Source: a virus
Length of the DNA: 45,518 nucleotides
Direction: 5' to 3' (one strand)
Virus record (IMG/VR): IMGVR_UViG_3300028586_000006
Location: 1-45,518 of that record
Shown here: piece after piece, positions 9,011 to 17,755 of the stretch
Numbering within the stretch: position 1 is the stretch's first letter
How the letters are laid out: every line of letters begins with the position of its first letter
Position numbers and translations under genes: made by a program
Notes under the pieces: generated by a model
What the model was told of the DNA's origin: nothing
Databases searched by the model: none
Seen by the model: only the letters and a program-made list of their open reading frames with translations

Positions 9011-9040
9011 ACGAAAGGGCGAGGCATCGCTGCCCCGCCC
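9011..9040 (-). terminator. Putative intrinsic terminator/attenuator after the head-gene block
   Basis: On the - strand: GGGCGGGGC-AGCGAT-GCCTCGCCC (9 bp, one G.U), followed by TTTCGTG. It lies in the 71-nt gap between the 9062 stop and the tailspike start at 8990. Confidence 0.45.
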
Positions 9041-9061
9041 CTCATATCGCGAAAGCGCGTA

Positions 9062-9475
9062 TTACGAAAGCGGGTTGCTGGTCTTCTTGGTCGACTTGCG
9101 ACCCGTCGCCGGCTCGCCACCCTCTTCGACTTCAAGCGCTTCTGCGCTGCCCTCGGCGACGATCGGCGCGCCTTCGGCGGTCGCATACGCGTCACCGACC
9201 TGCATGTCGCCGGCGGCGATCTGCTGCGGCGCAGTCGGGTTCGGACCCGATGGACCGATCGCCGCCATTACGACGGGCGCCGACGGAACGCGCGCGCCAT
9301 CCGGATCGACCAGGCCGACATCCTTGGTCTTGCCCTTCAACGGCTTGTCGTCCTCGCCGTAGATCTTGTCGTCGAGATCGATCTCGTCGGTTTCGATCCA
9401 CACCGGCGTATTAGCCGGTACGAGCCGGCCGTCGATGAAGCTGACGCCGGTCGTCACCATCTGCTTGCGTGCCAT
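9062..9475 (-). CDS. Hypothetical head-associated protein
   Basis: 137-aa ORF with GGAG 8 nt upstream of ATG 9475. It is the last gene before the putative terminator. Acidic, with a disordered C-terminal half. Confidence 0.75.
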   Translation of the reverse strand: MARKQMVTTGVSFIDGRLVPANTPVWIETDEIDLDDKIYGEDDKPLKGKTKDVGLVDPDGARVPSAPVVMAAIGPSGPNPTAPQQIAAGDMQVGDAYATAEGAPIVAEGSAEALEVEEGGEPATGRKSTKKTSNPLS

Positions 9476-9487
9476 GATCTGTGCTCC

Positions 9488-9919
9488 TTAGAAGCCGGTG
9501 TTCGACGGCAGGTACGGCTGCCGATCCGTGTCCGCCACGATATAGGCCGACACCGCGCCGGCGGCCATCGTGCCGACCGTCGTATACCGGAAACCGATAT
9601 AGCGCTTCGTGTTGTCGGGGATGACGATGTCCATCAGCGGCGGACCCGCCGACGTGGCCTGCGCCACCGCGACCGTATTACCGGTCGCCAGCACGTCCGG
9701 CGACGACAGATCGGCATTCGCCGACTGGAGCAGCTGGACCTGGACGCTGGTGCCGCCAGCGAACGTCTGCACCGCAGTGACCAGCGCCTTGCGCGCCCGC
9801 CCGCGACCGACGTTGGTCGCCGGCGAGAGCAGGTCGATGACGTTCGTCGAAACGGTGGTCGCCGCCGCGCCGACCAGGCTCTGTGCCTGGCTCGGGCGAA
9901 GCTGTGCGTCAGTGATCAT
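9488..9919 (-). CDS. Capsid cement/decoration protein candidate (Bbp16-like)
   Basis: 143 aa, immediately downstream of the major capsid gene. Size, position and the ...KRYIGFRYTTVGTMAAGAVSAYIV.D... segment resemble the BPP-1 cement protein family. Called from memory, not searched. Confidence 0.6.
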   Translation of the reverse strand: MITDAQLRPSQAQSLVGAAATTVSTNVIDLLSPATNVGRGRARKALVTAVQTFAGGTSVQVQLLQSANADLSSPDVLATGNTVAVAQATSAGPPLMDIVIPDNTKRYIGFRYTTVGTMAAGAVSAYIVADTDRQPYLPSNTGF

Positions 9920-9956
9920 AATTCTTCTCCCTATGAGGTTACCGCTTCGCGCCGGA

Positions 9957-10988
9957 TCAGACGACCTGCGCCTCGTTGATCTGCATCGCGTCGGTGCGCA
10001 GGATCGGCACGCCGCCGAACGACGTCATGCGACGCCCGCCGACTTCCTCCATCGAGAGGAATGCGTTCTTCTGGTTGACCAGCTGACGCTGGAAAAACGC
10101 CTGCATGTTGCGGTCCATCAGGAAGAACGCCTTCCCGTTGTCCATGTCCTGCACGCGCGACTGCGCCTGGATCATTAAATCCTGGATGTCGGCGCCGGTC
10201 GAGCCCGACTTGGTCAGCGTCGCCGGATCGATGTTCGCGATGCGGACGGCATAGCGCCAGTCCTTGACCATCATGCCGCAGCGCCACAGCCAGTGATCGC
10301 GGAAACCGATGTACGGGTTGCCGCTGGCGTCGAGCAGCGTCTGACCACCACCGTTCTCGGCGGTGCCGGCTGCGTGGCTGGTCGCGTCCTCATGGAGCAG
10401 CCCGCCCTTTGTGCCCTTCGGGTAGATACCGGTGATCGTGTCCGGCCCCGAAACGATCAGCCAGATCGACCGCAGCGCCGCGCCGGTGCCGCCGGCGCTG
10501 ATGACGTTGTTCGCGGTCGCCGACACGCCGGCGTTCAGCGAGTTGTAGCGCGGCGCGAGACCGGTGAACGACTTCGGATCCGCCGAGTTGTTGCCGTAGA
10601 TCAGGGTCTGCGCCATGCGATGGCCCATGCCGATGATGTGCGGGCGACCTTCCTGCAGGCGATAGCCGGAGATGTTGCCCGACATGATCGCGAGTTCGCG
10701 ATCGCACTGGCTGAAGTCCTCGAGCAGCGCGCAGGTCTCTTCGATCTGCGTGACGGCGCCCTTCGTGACGGGCACGCCCTCATTGATCGCGCGGAACGAC
10801 GGCGTCGGCAACGCGGTGCGCGCGGCATCGCGGTGACCGGTAATGAGGTTGCCCTCACGCCAGTTGAACATTTCCAGGAACGGGTTCGTCTGCGTCAGGA
10901 TTTCGCTGATATCGAGCAGCTTGCCCTGCGGATCGAGGACGGACAGAACGTCGTTAAGCGTCTGTACGCCGGTTGCGGTAACGGCCAT
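9957..10988 (-). CDS. Major capsid protein (HK97-fold, BPP-1 Bbp17-like)
   Basis: 343 aa with GGGAGA 6 nt upstream. It lies between the scaffold and cement genes, and its composition and length are typical of a major capsid protein. Confidence 0.85.
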   Translation of the reverse strand: MAVTATGVQTLNDVLSVLDPQGKLLDISEILTQTNPFLEMFNWREGNLITGHRDAARTALPTPSFRAINEGVPVTKGAVTQIEETCALLEDFSQCDRELAIMSGNISGYRLQEGRPHIIGMGHRMAQTLIYGNNSADPKSFTGLAPRYNSLNAGVSATANNVISAGGTGAALRSIWLIVSGPDTITGIYPKGTKGGLLHEDATSHAAGTAENGGGQTLLDASGNPYIGFRDHWLWRCGMMVKDWRYAVRIANIDPATLTKSGSTGADIQDLMIQAQSRVQDMDNGKAFFLMDRNMQAFFQRQLVNQKNAFLSMEEVGGRRMTSFGGVPILRTDAMQINEAQVV

Positions 10989-10999
10989 CTATTGTCTCC

Positions 11000-11782
11000 C
11001 TATGCCGGCTTGCCGTAATACTTTTCTTCGCGGGTCAGCGGTGCAGCCGGCGTACCGCCACCGCGTTCGAAGCTCGTGTCCTCGCCGATTGCATTGCCTA
11101 CGGCGAACGCGAACCGCAGCATCTGTGGATGGTTGCCGAGGCCATGCTGGTCGAGGAACTCGCGAAACCCTTCACCGCCGAGGCGATCAAGCGCTTTCGC
11201 GCTGACCTGCTGCACTTCGGCGAGCGAACGGCCCGCGTATATCTGATCCGCCTCGACGGGCTCACCGGCGGCGTTCGTGCCACCGACGACCGAGGCACGG
11301 GCATCGGTCGCCCAGTCCTTCGACACCTGCGCCGCGCGCGACGCCAGGTCATCGGTCATCTGCTGCTGAACGCTCGGCAGGACGCTCTCGGTGTAGACGC
11401 CGGCGAGCTTCGACAGCCCCTCGTTCGACAGGTTCAGCTCGCGCGCCAGCGGCGTGACCGCGGCGAGCGCCGCCACGTCGATCGTCATGCCTTCCGGCAA
11501 ACCCGACAGCTCGTATTCGGCGTCTTCCGCCGGCGCGCCGAACATTGCCGCGTTCGCGGGTGGTTCGCCTTCGGGTTCCGCGCCGTCCGTCTGCTCGCCG
11601 TCGGGTTTCGCCTCGTCGACCTTCGGGTTCAGCAGCGAACCGTCATCCGGCTTCGACGGGCTTTCCGTAGTCGACGAGTTCGTATCGGACGAGCCCGGTG
11701 CCGGGGCGTCGGCCTTCGGCGCCGGTTGGGTCTCCGTCGTCTGCGAGCTCGGCTCGGGGGTCATATCGGACTGGTCGGGCAT
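11000..11782 (-). CDS. Scaffolding protein
   Basis: 260 aa with GGAG 7 nt upstream of ATG 11782. The N-terminus is acidic, Pro/Glu/Asp-rich and disordered; the C-terminal part is helical. It lies between the portal and capsid genes. Confidence 0.75.
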   Translation of the reverse strand: MPDQSDMTPEPSSQTTETQPAPKADAPAPGSSDTNSSTTESPSKPDDGSLLNPKVDEAKPDGEQTDGAEPEGEPPANAAMFGAPAEDAEYELSGLPEGMTIDVAALAAVTPLARELNLSNEGLSKLAGVYTESVLPSVQQQMTDDLASRAAQVSKDWATDARASVVGGTNAAGEPVEADQIYAGRSLAEVQQVSAKALDRLGGEGFREFLDQHGLGNHPQMLRFAFAVGNAIGEDTSFERGGGTPAAPLTREEKYYGKPA

Positions 11783-12041
11783 CGGGATACTCCATCAGGG
11801 CCTGGTGTTCGGCTGCCAGGATAGCAGCAAGCGCATCCGGCCGAGTGCTCTCGGCGGTCCGCAGCATGTCGAACGCCAGGCTCCTTCGTCCCTCGGCAAA
11901 GGCGAGGTGGCTTTTGGACCCGTACGCACTTTCTAAAATGCCTGCGGTGTTGATGACTGTAAAGAGAAATCTCTGGAATGCCGGCTGTAGCATCAGGTTC
12001 TCGATATCGCGCTTCGCGAGATCGGCACGCTTGTCGCTCAT
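11643..12041 (-). CDS. Bbp19-like small head-module protein
   Basis: 132 aa. DIENLMLQPAFQRFLFTVINTAGIL...FAEGRRSLAFDMLR matches my memory of the Bbp19-like domain. The 3' 140 nt overlap the scaffold gene in another frame. Confidence 0.65.
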   Translation of the reverse strand: MSDKRADLAKRDIENLMLQPAFQRFLFTVINTAGILESAYGSKSHLAFAEGRRSLAFDMLRTAESTRPDALAAILAAEHQALMEYPDARPVRYDPRAELADDGDPTGAEGRRPGTGLVRYELVDYGKPVEAG

Positions 12042-13744
12042 ACCGCGCCCGCCGCCCCGCCCATCATCTGCTGAAGCAATGACGTGTCGCCGCCGACGTT
12101 CGTGCGCGACAGCAGCTCGGCAGCCTGCGCGCCTTGCTGCACGGCCGGCGCCATCTGCGCCATTTGCGCCGCCTGTTGCTGCTGCTGCATCTGCTGACGC
12201 ATTTCCTCGACGACCTGGTCGGACCGGATAATGCGCGGCGGCGTGCCGGTGCCGGTCGCGAACTCGTCGATCGCCTGCTCGGCGTCGAACTTGATCCCGG
12301 CATCGGGGAACATGCCTGCGACAAACCCGACGAACCGCGCCGCGCGTTCGATTGCGGTGTTCTGCGCTGCCTTCTGCGCCTGTGCGAGCATCGACACGAA
12401 GTCGATCGTCAGCGGTCGACCCTGCAACTCCTTCGGCGCTGGCGGCACCTGGTTGAGCGACGTCAGGATGCTGAAGGCGCGATCGATCGCGACCTCCAGC
12501 TTCTCGACGTTGACGCGGTCGACAACCGGCCCAAGCTGCGTGTATTTCTCGTTCTCGCGCAGCGACAGCTCAAGATCGTTGCGCGGCTGCACGCCCTCCA
12601 TCTGGCTGATCGCCATGAACATGTCGACGAAGAAGCACTCGTCGACGTCGCGCCGGACGGCTTCGTGCTCGTCGCGGATCGCGCCGAGGGTCTGGTAACC
12701 GAGCTCGAACATCGGCGCGACCTTGTCCATGTCCATCGCCGTGCCGAACGTCACGCTGCCAGGATCAAGCCGCAGCTTGTTGCCCGACATCCCGATCGGC
12801 GCCTTCATAGGCGGCTTGACCATCAGGTCGCGCGACCGGCCGCGGTTACGCGCGGTCAGCTGCATCTCGCGCAGATCCGGCAACGCGTAGAAGCCGGGCG
12901 ACGAGGACGAATAGACCTCGTTACTCGTCGTCTCCCAACGCGGCGCCCAGAACGGCTTGCTGTCGTAGCCGCTGACGCGCAGCAGCTTCTCCTTCTCGGT
13001 GCAGCCTTCCTCCCACGACACCGACGCCCACGGCTTGTTGCCGGTGTCGATCTTGTCGGGATCGCGCTCACGCCGCGGCTCGATCGCGTGGATCACCGGG
13101 AACATCGTCTGGTAGTTACCCTTGTCGTACGCATCGACGACGTGCTTCGATACCTTGTCGCGCCCGTACGACTGCATCATCTGCATCGTCGTCAGGTACG
13201 AGCGACGGTAGAGCGTGTCGACGCGCAGGCCGTGATCGGTCGCGATCCAGTACTCGCCGGCGGTCAACGAGTGACAGACGGCGCGATAGTCCGGATGCTC
13301 CAGCATCACGCACGCCTCGATGCCGATCGTGCCTAGTTCGGCGTAGCCGGTCTTCGAGGCGTCGTAGAAATTCGTGCCGGCGAACAGGTCGTAGATCATC
13401 CGCTCGACCTCGGCGAGCCAGATCTTCACCGGCTCGTATTCCATCAGCTCGCGATCGCCGGTGGTCAGCTTGAACCACGGCAACGCTTGGCTGTTGAGCC
13501 CGGCCTGCATGCCGTTGGTCAGCGTCCGCGCAGCGCGTCCGCCGCGGCTGTCGCGCGTCGCCATGTTCGCGCGGCGCGGGCTATTTTGCCCGTTTGCGCG
13601 CTGCTGCGACATCTGAACCATCCCGCGCGCCGGGAGCGTCAGCTGGAAAATCTCCTGCCAGTCGCCCTCATACGGCTGCCGCACCGCTTGCATCGACGTC
13701 AGGCGCTGCTCGCACTTCTCACGGATCGTCTTGTCGTCAACCAT
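12038..13744 (-). CDS. Portal (head-to-tail connector) protein, podovirus type
   Basis: 568 aa. The N-terminus ...RLTSMQAVRQPYEGDWQEIFQLTLPARG is typical of T7/P22-like connector families. The C-terminus is Gln-rich. It lies between the terminase and scaffold genes. Confidence 0.9.
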   Translation of the reverse strand: MVDDKTIREKCEQRLTSMQAVRQPYEGDWQEIFQLTLPARGMVQMSQQRANGQNSPRRANMATRDSRGGRAARTLTNGMQAGLNSQALPWFKLTTGDRELMEYEPVKIWLAEVERMIYDLFAGTNFYDASKTGYAELGTIGIEACVMLEHPDYRAVCHSLTAGEYWIATDHGLRVDTLYRRSYLTTMQMMQSYGRDKVSKHVVDAYDKGNYQTMFPVIHAIEPRRERDPDKIDTGNKPWASVSWEEGCTEKEKLLRVSGYDSKPFWAPRWETTSNEVYSSSSPGFYALPDLREMQLTARNRGRSRDLMVKPPMKAPIGMSGNKLRLDPGSVTFGTAMDMDKVAPMFELGYQTLGAIRDEHEAVRRDVDECFFVDMFMAISQMEGVQPRNDLELSLRENEKYTQLGPVVDRVNVEKLEVAIDRAFSILTSLNQVPPAPKELQGRPLTIDFVSMLAQAQKAAQNTAIERAARFVGFVAGMFPDAGIKFDAEQAIDEFATGTGTPPRIIRSDQVVEEMRQQMQQQQQAAQMAQMAPAVQQGAQAAELLSRTNVGGDTSLLQQMMGGAAGAV

Positions 13745-13904
13745 TCCGGTTTGCCCTTACCACCTGCGCGCGTCGCGGCAATTCCTGCGCTGCCGTCAGC
13801 GCGACTTCGGCGATCACCTCGGGCGCCGGCGCGGCACCGCTCCAATCCATGTCGCGGATCGCCTTGGCGACCACCTCGACGTCACGCGGATCTGGTTCAG
13901 CCAT
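13737..13904 (-). CDS. Small hypothetical protein (55 aa, below the ORF-track cutoff)
   Basis: My translation is [55 protein letters not shown]. The composition is balanced. The start overlaps the upstream stop, and the stop overlaps the portal ATG (ATGGTTGA). Confidence 0.45.
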   Translation of the reverse strand: MAEPDPRDVEVVAKAIRDMDWSGAAPAPEVIAEVALTAAQELPRRAQVVRANRNG

Positions 13905-14097
13905 TGCCGGTAACGCCGAGCGGGTTGCTGGTGGCAGGCATGCCGAGCGTCGCGGCCTGCATCAGCGCGGTCGACGACCAGCCGTTGCGGCGCTTCGCGC
14001 GATCGTTCGCACGCACCGAGGGGTCGCCGCCGTTCGGCAACACCGTTGCCGCGCGTTCGGGCGTGGCCTGGACTTTAGGGGTGCGCGGCGCACACAT
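13897..14097 (-). CDS. Small hypothetical protein (66 aa)
   Basis: ATG 14097 is preceded by AAGGAG at 7 nt. Sequence: [66 protein letters not shown]. It is the in-frame C-terminal part of track ORF 13897..14190. Confidence 0.45.
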   Translation of the reverse strand: MCAPRTPKVQATPERAATVLPNGGDPSVRANDRAKRRNGWSSTALMQAATLGMPATSNPLGVTGNG

Positions 14098-14599
14098 TTT
14101 GCGTCTCCTTGCGTCGCGGCGACCGCCGGTTGTTCGCTTGTTCCTTGCGCGTCGCCCACCGGCAGTTACCGGGTTCGTAGCCGCGGTCATTGTCGATGCG
14201 TTCGATCGTCAGCCCCTCCGGACAATCGCCCATATCTCGATGAAACGCTTCGAACGAATTGCGCCACTCGTCGCAAACGCGAATGCCGCGCAAGAAGTAA
14301 TCCGCTTTTCGCGCGTGCCCCGGCTGCGTGCGATCGCGCATCGCTTTCCAGCATCGCCATGTCAGTGTGCCCTTCATGCCGTGACGCACATTGGCCTTTC
14401 CGACCGCTGCCATGTTATCGCGCGAGAAGCAGCCGCATGACTTCGTCTCGCCCTGTCGAAGGTATGAGCCTGTCGTTGTGATCGTCACTCCGCAATCGCA
14501 ACGGCATATCCACGCAGCAAGTCCGCCACGAGAAGGCGCGCGACGCAACACGACCAGCCGCTCGAAGCGTTGTCCAGTCATATCGATCACCGCCGCCAT
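14075..14599 (-). CDS. HNH-family endonuclease between terL and portal
   Basis: 174 aa. [10 protein letters not shown]...WICRCDCG......[11 protein letters not shown] is the common phage HNH N-terminal Zn-finger pattern. The C-terminus [26 protein letters not shown] is an HNH-type core. The start lies 2 nt after the TerL stop. Confidence 0.8.
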   Translation of the reverse strand: MAAVIDMTGQRFERLVVLRRAPSRGGLAAWICRCDCGVTITTTGSYLRQGETKSCGCFSRDNMAAVGKANVRHGMKGTLTWRCWKAMRDRTQPGHARKADYFLRGIRVCDEWRNSFEAFHRDMGDCPEGLTIERIDNDRGYEPGNCRWATRKEQANNRRSPRRKETQNVCAAHP

Positions 14600-14601
14600 G
14601 C

Positions 14602-16254
14602 CTACCCCTGCAACACGCGAAACCGCGCTTCCTCGTAATCGTCAGCGCCGCCACCGATCGTGACGTCAGCGTAACCACCCACATCGTAGCGCAACTTCGG
14701 AGTGGTGACCAGACTGTACAGGACAGCGTCGCCGCGATCCGGCGAACGCCCAAGCCGCTTCTTGATATCGTCCTTGCTCTCGACCTTGATCCCCGCCGTC
14801 GTCAGCTCCCACTTCGGCGCCGCGAGATCGGACAGCAGTTCCGCGTCATCGGGCAGCGCGATCGGGTTCGGGTTGCGGGGATCGAGCGCTTCGCGCATCC
14901 GCCAGTGCAGCTCGGCACGCAGGTTCACGAACCGCAGCAACCCGCTGGCGTCGTTGCCGAGGCTCTTGGCCGCACCGTTGATGGCGACCGTGTGGACGTT
15001 GCCTTTCGTCAGGAAATCGTAGGGGCTGGTGCCGATACCGACGACGTCGAGGTGAACCGGTGCCGCGTCGGTGCGGAAGCGGATGACCTGCGCTGCCGCC
15101 AGCGCGCCGTCGTTGACGTTGACGCCCTTGATCGCGAGGATACGGTCGAACCACGTCCCATGCCGACGCGAGATCACCATCTTGTCCTTGCCGGTGGCGC
15201 CGGTGTTGGACCCCATGTTACCGCCGCGCGCCGCGTCGACGCCCATGCTGTCCATCGGGCCTTTCGCATCACGCGATTGCCAGCGGCGCATTGCCGCTTC
15301 GATCCACTCGGTCGGGATCACCTGGTCTTGCGGATCTTCGACGCCGGCCATGAAGTCACCTCGTAGCATCTGCTCGCGCAGGACAGGCGGCAGCTGCTGA
15401 AGCTGACGCAGATACGCGCCATCCGCTGCCAGGAACGGGTTATCGGACAGATGCGCCGTGATGAACGTCCGGCTCGTCGGCGTCACGATATCCTCGATCG
15501 CGTAATCGGCCGGCTCGAACTCATAGACGGGCTTACCCTGCACGATGACGAACGGCGCGTTACCATGCTCGGGCGGCAGCATGTAGTCGGGATCGTCGCC
15601 GATCGTGGCGAACCAGCGCAGCTCGCCATCGCGAGCCGGGTTCGGGTGCTTCCGGTCGAGCCACGGCGCGAAGAACTTGATCACCCATCGCCCTTCGGCG
15701 GTCGTCGGCGGGTTGAATGTGAGGATGACGCGGGTCTTCTGCCCGGGGACGTGGGTGCGGACCCACCCCATCGTATAGCGGACCTGGCTCTCGCGCATCT
15801 GCGTGGCCTCGTCATACGCCTTCAGGTCGTAGTCGACGCCCTGCTGCTTCTCTTCGTCGCCCTCGTTCTCCATGCCGGCGAACTCGATGACGCGATCGAC
15901 GTCGTCGGGACCGCGCAGCGCCCAGGTGCTGCCTTGGCTGGAGTAGCCGTCACGGCTGCCGAGCGAGAGCGCGATGTCCTGCACGAACTTGCGCGTCGTC
16001 ACCTTTTCCTGCCGGATGATGAGACTGCGGCGGTGCGCGGTCGTCGCCAGCCCGCGGATCAGCGCCGACTTGCCGCCGCCGGCCGCGCCGCCATAGCCGA
16101 TGATGTCGGCCTCGCTGTCATAGGCCATCGTCTGCTTGCCCTCGTTGGGCGTGAACAGCGGCTCGTAGCCGTTGACGATAGCGTCGAAGCGTAGCCGCTC
16201 GCTCGGCGTCATCGCCGCGACGAGCGTACGGATTTCAGCGGCGGTGTAGGGCAC
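14602..16254 (-). CDS. terL: Terminase large subunit
   Basis: 550 aa with a GTG start. The Walker A motif is [13 protein letters not shown]. It has an N-terminal ATPase domain and a C-terminal nuclease domain of the expected length, and lies beside terS and the portal gene. Confidence 0.9.
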   Translation of the reverse strand: MPYTAAEIRTLVAAMTPSERLRFDAIVNGYEPLFTPNEGKQTMAYDSEADIIGYGGAAGGGKSALIRGLATTAHRRSLIIRQEKVTTRKFVQDIALSLGSRDGYSSQGSTWALRGPDDVDRVIEFAGMENEGDEEKQQGVDYDLKAYDEATQMRESQVRYTMGWVRTHVPGQKTRVILTFNPPTTAEGRWVIKFFAPWLDRKHPNPARDGELRWFATIGDDPDYMLPPEHGNAPFVIVQGKPVYEFEPADYAIEDIVTPTSRTFITAHLSDNPFLAADGAYLRQLQQLPPVLREQMLRGDFMAGVEDPQDQVIPTEWIEAAMRRWQSRDAKGPMDSMGVDAARGGNMGSNTGATGKDKMVISRRHGTWFDRILAIKGVNVNDGALAAAQVIRFRTDAAPVHLDVVGIGTSPYDFLTKGNVHTVAINGAAKSLGNDASGLLRFVNLRAELHWRMREALDPRNPNPIALPDDAELLSDLAAPKWELTTAGIKVESKDDIKKRLGRSPDRGDAVLYSLVTTPKLRYDVGGYADVTIGGGADDYEEARFRVLQG

Positions 16255-16366
16255 GCAGCGCGGCGTCCTTCAGCTCGCCTCCGATAACGCCTATCGCGCC
16301 GCACGCCAACGCGATGACGCTGCCGCCGACGGTGATCTTCAGGAACTCGACACCGGCTTCGATCAC
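16235..16366 (-). CDS. Possible 43-aa membrane micro-protein between terS and terL
   Basis: The GTG start overlaps the terS stop (GTGA). My translation is [43 protein letters not shown], with one hydrophobic helix. It fills a 108-nt gap that is otherwise empty and overlaps the terL start by 20 nt. Confidence 0.3.
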   Translation of the reverse strand: MIEAGVEFLKITVGGSVIALACGAIGVIGGELKDAALRALHRR

Positions 16367-16905
16367 GACAGTAGCTCCTTCGCCTTGGCGTCGATCACGA
16401 TATCGCGGGGCGCGATACGGGTACGCGTCGCCACATCACGCAGCATCGCCTCGGCGCGGTCCGCGGCGTCCGGTGCGGGCTTGTTGAGAGCCTGGCCATC
16501 GGTCGTCAGGTCGAGCTTCGGCCCGTAGGTCTTGGGTTTCAGCATCTGCGCGAACTTGATCTCGGCATCGATCCGCAGCTTCATCACCTTCGGGTCACGC
16601 GCCAGCATGGCACGCTCCAGCGCGACACCGGAGAGCCCGTCGAGCGGCACGACTTCGCCGAGGTCGGCAATGTGCTGCGCTTTCGTCAGGCGAGCCTCGA
16701 TACCGAGTTCACGGGCACGGGCGAGTTCGCTTTGCAGATCAGGGTTGCGGCTGACCCATGTCCAGAACGTACCGCTAGACGGCATCCCGTCATCGTCCTG
16801 CAGGATCGTCGTCACCGCGCGCCCACACGCCACCTGCACGAACACATGATCGATCATGCGCTGACGCGTATCGGCATCGTAGGTCGTAGAAATCGGAGCA
16901 CCCAT
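16363..16905 (-). CDS. terS: Terminase small subunit
   Basis: 180 aa. The N-terminal HTH-like region ...VACGRAVTTILQDDDGMPSSGTFWTWVSRNPDLQSELARAR is typical of small terminases. It is the first gene of the late operon, directly upstream of terL. Confidence 0.75.
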   Translation of the reverse strand: MGAPISTTYDADTRQRMIDHVFVQVACGRAVTTILQDDDGMPSSGTFWTWVSRNPDLQSELARARELGIEARLTKAQHIADLGEVVPLDGLSGVALERAMLARDPKVMKLRIDAEIKFAQMLKPKTYGPKLDLTTDGQALNKPAPDAADRAEAMLRDVATRTRIAPRDIVIDAKAKELLS

Positions 16906-17018
16906 CGCCGAAATATGCCCTTTCCCTCGTCAACACGCAAGCCTGCCAACGCTCTATCGAAAATCCGATAGACATCCCTGCGATTTCGCATTGAGCAAAA
17001 TTTTCACCGGGTTTGTAT

Positions 17019-17308
17019 GGCGGACCGGCGGGCGGGCAATCCCTTACGCGCACCCTACAGGTGCATAATAACTCCTACTATTACCATATTTCCATTTAAC
17101 TTATAGAAAAAAGCTGTCCGCCGGTCCGCCACGTCAAAAACGACGTATTTCTGCGGGTTTCACGCCGGACAGCTATTCGGACAGCCGCCTGTAAAACCGT
17201 CCGCCTGCCCGCCCAAACCTGTCCGCCATCACAAAATCGCGATGCTCGACACTGCGCGGACAGCTCGGCGGACAGCGCGCGGACGGTTCGCGGACCGGAT
17301 CGGACGTG
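17019..17308. repeat. Iteron cluster: about 12 copies of a CGGAC-core motif (best form GGCGGACAGC) in both orientations
   Basis: - + strand copies at 17019, 17165, 17177, 17256, 17267, 17279, 17290 and 17300.
- Inverted copies (..GTCCGCC) at 17113, 17123, 17198 and 17219.
- An AT-rich tract lies at 17065-17112 and a hairpin GCACC-ctaca-GGTGC at 17050-17064. Confidence 0.85.
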
Positions 17309-17326
17309 CTTTCCGCTTGACAGTGT

Positions 17327-17371
17327 AAAGCGATAACGCTACGCCGCGCTATCACAATCTGGAGAACGGCG
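17327..17371 (+). promoter_or_regulatory. Putative promoter plus conserved leader for the small-membrane-protein cassette
   Basis: CTTGACAGTGTAAAGCGATAACGCTACGCC...AATCTGGAGAACGGCGATG is near-parallel to the promoter region at 23298-23357 (CTTGACAGCGTAAAGTCGATAGCGG...AATCTGGAGGACGAAAATG). The -10 element is uncertain (GCTA-type). Confidence 0.45.
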
Positions 17372-17755
17372 ATGGACACGCGCGAACGTGAAGCCAAAAT
17401 TACCGAAATAATCAAAGCAGCCGAGCGGATGAATATCGGCCCTGCCTGCGTGACGTGCCGCTTCGCACGAGACGCAAATTATTCGGCGCTAGGCTATTGC
17501 CGAAATCCCGTCGCGAAATTGGATGCGATCGTCAGCACGCAAAGTGTCAGCACGAGCTCTCGCCGAAAGCTGACCGATATGAGGTCAGCGACAGGCTTAT
17601 GCGGACCGGAGGCGCTCTTGTATCAGCGACGAATGCTCTTCATCACGCCGTTTTGGCGACAGCCCACAGACGGGCAGGCAGTGCTTCATGCAATCCCGCA
17701 AATCATTTTCCTGGTTCTGATTTTTCTGGCCGCCATGACATGGGTGATGGCGTGA
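17372..17755 (+). CDS. Hypothetical Cys-containing protein with a C-terminal transmembrane helix
   Basis: 127 aa with the SD TCTGGAGAAC. Motifs: CVTCRF...GYCRNP...LCGP. The C-terminus is QIIFLVLIFLAAMTWVMA. G+C is lower than in the backbone. Confidence 0.75.
   Translation: MDTREREAKITEIIKAAERMNIGPACVTCRFARDANYSALGYCRNPVAKLDAIVSTQSVSTSSRRKLTDMRSATGLCGPEALLYQRRMLFITPFWRQPTDGQAVLHAIPQIIFLVLIFLAAMTWVMA

Noticed and set aside
17173-17415. 80-aa - strand ORF across the iteron region.
   Set aside because: It is composed of the repeated CGGAC-motif DNA itself. It has no RBS and runs into the promoter and leader of the + strand cassette.
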